DNA of 24,000 nucleotides from Glycomyces sp. NRRL B-16210 (GTDB lineage Bacteria; Actinomycetota; Actinomycetes; Mycobacteriales; Micromonosporaceae): NCBI RefSeq assembly GCF_000719515.1, contig NZ_JOGR01000001.1, positions 16,773 to 40,772 of the forward strand, read 5' to 3'. Shown piece by piece: positions 21,538 to 24,000 of this stretch (position 1 is its first letter; each line of letters starts with the position of its first letter). The notes under the pieces were generated by a model. It saw only the letters and a program-made list of their open reading frames with translations, ran no database searches and was not told where the DNA came from. The position numbers and the translations under genes were made by a program.

Positions 21538-22530
21538 CTACTTCGGGTGGGTCTCGCCGGGGTAGCGCAGCCCGATCTGGGCGCGCACCTCGTCCATGAC
21601 CTCGAGGACTTCGATGGTGCTCTGCGGCGGCACGAGCGTGGACTCGAGCCGGCCCTGGCGCAGCGTCCGGTGGACCTCCAGGGCCTCGTGGACGTAGCCG
21701 TGGCCGACGTAGGGCGCCTCGAACTCGCGCGGCGCCTCGTTGTAGCGCACGAGGGTGTAACCGCTGGGGCGGTAGGCGAAGTCGCGCAGTTCGATGCGGC
21801 CCTCGGTGCCCGCGATGGTGACCTCGTTCGCGGCCCCGCCGCGGATCGAGCAGGCCAGCTGCGCGATCGCGTTCGGGTAGCGCAGGGTCATCGCGGTGTA
21901 GGCGTCGACGCCGGTGGTGTCCATGACCGCGGTCGCGGTGACCGACTCGGGCGCGCCGAGGGCCAGGTGCGCCAGCGTCAGCGGGTAGACCCCGAGGTCG
22001 AGGAGAGCGCCCCCGGCCAGTTCGAGGTTGCGCAGGCGGTGGCTGGGCGGCAGGTCGGCGGCGAGGGCGAAGTTGCCGTTGACGGACACGACCTCGCCGA
22101 TCATGCCCTCCTGGATGGCCCGGCGCATTTCCCTGATCGCGGGGTTGCAGCGGGTCCACATGGCCTCCATGAGGAAGCGCTGGTGCTCGCGGGCGACGTC
22201 GAACATGGTGCGGGCCTGGGCGGCGTTGTAGGCGAAGGCCTTCTCGCACAGGACGTGCTTGCCGGCTTCCAGGAGCTGCAAGGTGGGCAGGTAGTGGTGG
22301 GAGTGCGGGGTGGCGACGTAGACGATGTCCACCTCGTCGTCCGCGGCCAGGGCTTGGACGGAGTCCCAGGTGTTTTCGATGTCGTACTTCTTGGCGAACG
22401 CGGCGGCGCGCTCCGCCGATCGAGAGGCCACAGCGGTGACGCGGCAATCGTCGAGGAGGGCAAGATCTTCCACAAAGGTCGATGCGATTCCACCGGTCGC
22501 CAGGATTCCCCATCGGATCGGTTCAACCAT
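21538..22530 (-). CDS. Gfo/Idh/MocA family NAD(P)-dependent oxidoreductase (330 aa).
   Basis: The track ORF is trimmed to ATG 22530. N-terminal Rossmann motif IRWGILATGGIASTFVEDL. Also contains DIVYVATPHSHHYLPTLQLLEAGKHVLCEKAF (the EKP/A motif region). Confidence 0.85.
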   Translation of the reverse strand: MVEPIRWGILATGGIASTFVEDLALLDDCRVTAVASRSAERAAAFAKKYDIENTWDSVQALAADDEVDIVYVATPHSHHYLPTLQLLEAGKHVLCEKAFAYNAAQARTMFDVAREHQRFLMEAMWTRCNPAIREMRRAIQEGMIGEVVSVNGNFALAADLPPSHRLRNLELAGGALLDLGVYPLTLAHLALGAPESVTATAVMDTTGVDAYTAMTLRYPNAIAQLACSIRGGAANEVTIAGTEGRIELRDFAYRPSGYTLVRYNEAPREFEAPYVGHGYVHEALEVHRTLRQGRLESTLVPPQSTIEVLEVMDEVRAQIGLRYPGETHPK

Positions 22531-22710
22531 GGACGTAAGCACATCACAACTTCCGGCGATCGTCAACACGAGGGTCAGCGGTACTATCGCCGTTAATCGG
22601 GCGATTTCCACGCAAGATCCCTACGGTGCGTGACCAAATGGTCGGCATCGGGTACGGAATGTGACCTTTCCCCCAGGCCGGTCCCGGCCCGCGCATGGCA
22701 CTATGGCCAC

Positions 22711-23364
22711 ATGCAGCGGATATCCATCAAGCGCGCCTTCGCGCTCCTCATCGCCGCCGCGGGCGGCGGACTGCTCGCGATCGCCTCGGCCGCCCCGGCG
22801 TCGGCCCACGCGGGGGTCGTCGGCACCGACCCCGAGAACGGGGCCACCCTGGCCGAGGCGCCCGCCGCGGTCACGGTGACCTTCTCCGAGATCCTCGACG
22901 GCCCCTCGACCGAGATCGCCGTGACCGACCCCTCGGGCGCGGTCGTCGCGGTCGAGGACGCCTCCTTCGACGGCGACACCTTCACCCAGCCGATGCTGTA
23001 CACCGAGCCGGGGGAGTACACCGTGGCGTTCCGGCTGATCTCCGAGGACGGCCACCGGGTCGACGACGCGCTGACGTTCACCGTGGAGGCCATCCCCGAG
23101 GACCTCGCCGCGGCCGGTGCCGAAGCGCCCGAGACCGAGGCCGAGACCGCCGACGAGGCGACCTCGGAGGCCGAGGCCCCCGAATCCACCGAGGAGGCGA
23201 CCACCGAAGCGGCCGAAGAGGATTCGAACACCTTCGCGGCCCTGGCCGCGATCCTCCTCGGCGTGCTGGTCGTCGTCGTGGGCGGCGTGGTCCTGGTGAA
23301 GACCCTGGGCCGCAAGCAGAACGACACCACCGAAGACGACGAGAAGGACGGCGGCGCCGAGTAG
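22711..23364 (+). CDS. copC: CopC-domain copper-binding protein with signal peptide, acidic linker and C-terminal TM anchor (217 aa).
   Basis: The track ORF is trimmed to ATG 22711. Signal peptide MQRISIKRAFALLIAAAGGGLLAIASAAPASA, then HAGVVGTDPENGATL...EYTVAFRLISEDGHRVDDALTFTV (typical CopC). C-terminal TM segment FAALAAILLGVLVVVVGGVVLV. Confidence 0.8.
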   Translation: MQRISIKRAFALLIAAAGGGLLAIASAAPASAHAGVVGTDPENGATLAEAPAAVTVTFSEILDGPSTEIAVTDPSGAVVAVEDASFDGDTFTQPMLYTEPGEYTVAFRLISEDGHRVDDALTFTVEAIPEDLAAAGAEAPETEAETADEATSEAEAPESTEEATTEAAEEDSNTFAALAAILLGVLVVVVGGVVLVKTLGRKQNDTTEDDEKDGGAE

Positions 23365-23385
23365 GCGCCGCACCCGACTTCTTCA

Positions 23386-23423
23386 GGGGCGCCCGCGCGC
23401 GGTGATCCGCGCGCGGGCGCCCC
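23386..23423. terminator. Perfect 17-bp GC-rich hairpin between convergent genes.
   Basis: GGGGCGCCCGCGCGCGG (23386-23402), loop tgat, CCGCGCGCGGGCGCCCC (23407-23423). Confidence 0.7.
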
Positions 23424-23429
23424 GTCCGT

Positions 23430-24000
23430 TCACCCGTTGAGCTTCGCGACCAGACGCGTGTAGTCGCCGAAGGCCGCCTCGACGCCGCCGAGTTCGAGAC
23501 CGTAGCGGGCCACGCCGTACTCGTGCTTGCGGTCGGTGGCCGGGCGGGCGAGCACGCTCTCCAGGTTCCCCGCGTCCTTCTCGGTCCACCGCGCGCCCAG
23601 GGCGTCGTAGATCTTCGGCACCAGGCGCTGCGGGTCGGAGTTGAGCTGGTGGTAAGGAACGTCCACGATGGACTCGGCGGGGAGCGCCACCCGCGAATCG
23701 CGTCCCTTCTGGACTGACTCGGACATGAGCTCCACGGCCAGCCGGCCGATCTCGTGGAGGTCGGGGTGCTTGAGGTAGGTCGACCAGGAGGTCTCCATGA
23801 GGCTGCACAGGGAGCCGATGACGGTGACCGGGTCGCGGTGGGTCCACACGAAGGTCGCGTCGGGGAAGATCTCGCGGATGATCTCGAGGTCCGAGAGGTG
23901 TCCGGGGTACTTGAGGATCCAGCGCTTGGGCTCGCGCCCGTGCTGGAGGATCTGGAGCACCTGCTTGAGGTAGCCGTAGTCGGGCCTGACGTCCCGCTGC
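23430..24000 (-). CDS. Sulfotransferase family protein, C-terminal part (the gene continues beyond the right edge).
   Basis: The frame is open to position 24000. Contains KYPGHLSDLEIIREIFPDATFVWTHRDPVTVIGSLCSL (the 3'-phosphate-binding RDP...S region of PAPS sulfotransferases). Confidence 0.6.
   Translation of the reverse strand, partial: QRDVRPDYGYLKQVLQILQHGREPKRWILKYPGHLSDLEIIREIFPDATFVWTHRDPVTVIGSLCSLMETSWSTYLKHPDLHEIGRLAVELMSESVQKGRDSRVALPAESIVDVPYHQLNSDPQRLVPKIYDALGARWTEKDAGNLESVLARPATDRKHEYGVARYGLELGGVEAAFGDYTRLVAKLNG

Noticed and set aside
21538-22720. N-terminal extensions of the oxidoreductase (to 22611) and the CopC gene (from 22630) in the ORF track.
   Set aside because: The extensions precede the canonical Rossmann N-terminus (MVEPIRWGILATGGIA) and the signal peptide (MQRISIKRAF...). 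The internal ATGs at 22530 and 22711 give typical family N-termini.
1-24000. Mobile-element hallmarks (integrase, transposase, terminal inverted repeats, att-like direct repeats), tRNA or rRNA genes, and CRISPR arrays.
   Set aside because: None recognised on either strand. The island character is inferred only from gene content and the local GC dips, not from identifiable borders.

Overview
High-GC (about 70 percent) actinobacterial-type DNA. I recognised no rRNA, tRNA, CRISPR array, transposase or integrase.

Left edge (1-2478, minus strand): two small 2-TM proteins are translationally coupled to a large protein, in a conjugative T4SS-like VirB2/VirB3/VirB4-style layout. That functional call is tentative. 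The 5' coding region of the large gene contains a same-orientation cluster of exact TTATCCACA DnaA-box 9-mers written in atypical codons.

Centre (about 2.9-21.5 kb): a dense accessory island of ESX/type VII-substrate-like genes, with no core secretion gene in the window. It holds:
- three copies of a small-helical + WXG-domain gene pair;
- two copies of a large WXG protein with a Gly/Met-rich C-terminus and a conserved ...DPYA tail;
- two copies of a ~110-aa helical protein;
- one lipoprotein;
- five genes carrying at least six YbaB/EbfC-like domains.

The first WXG pair is followed by a polymorphic-toxin-like array of three cassettes: a CxE-variant deaminase plus immunity candidate, an HAE/PCxxC deaminase fused in-frame to an immunity-like domain, and a RelA/SpoT-like nucleotide pyrophosphokinase plus a small immunity candidate.

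Right edge: ordinary-looking genes, namely a Gfo/Idh/MocA oxidoreductase, a CopC-domain protein and a partial sulfotransferase.

All family assignments come from motifs read by eye and need HMM or structure confirmation.
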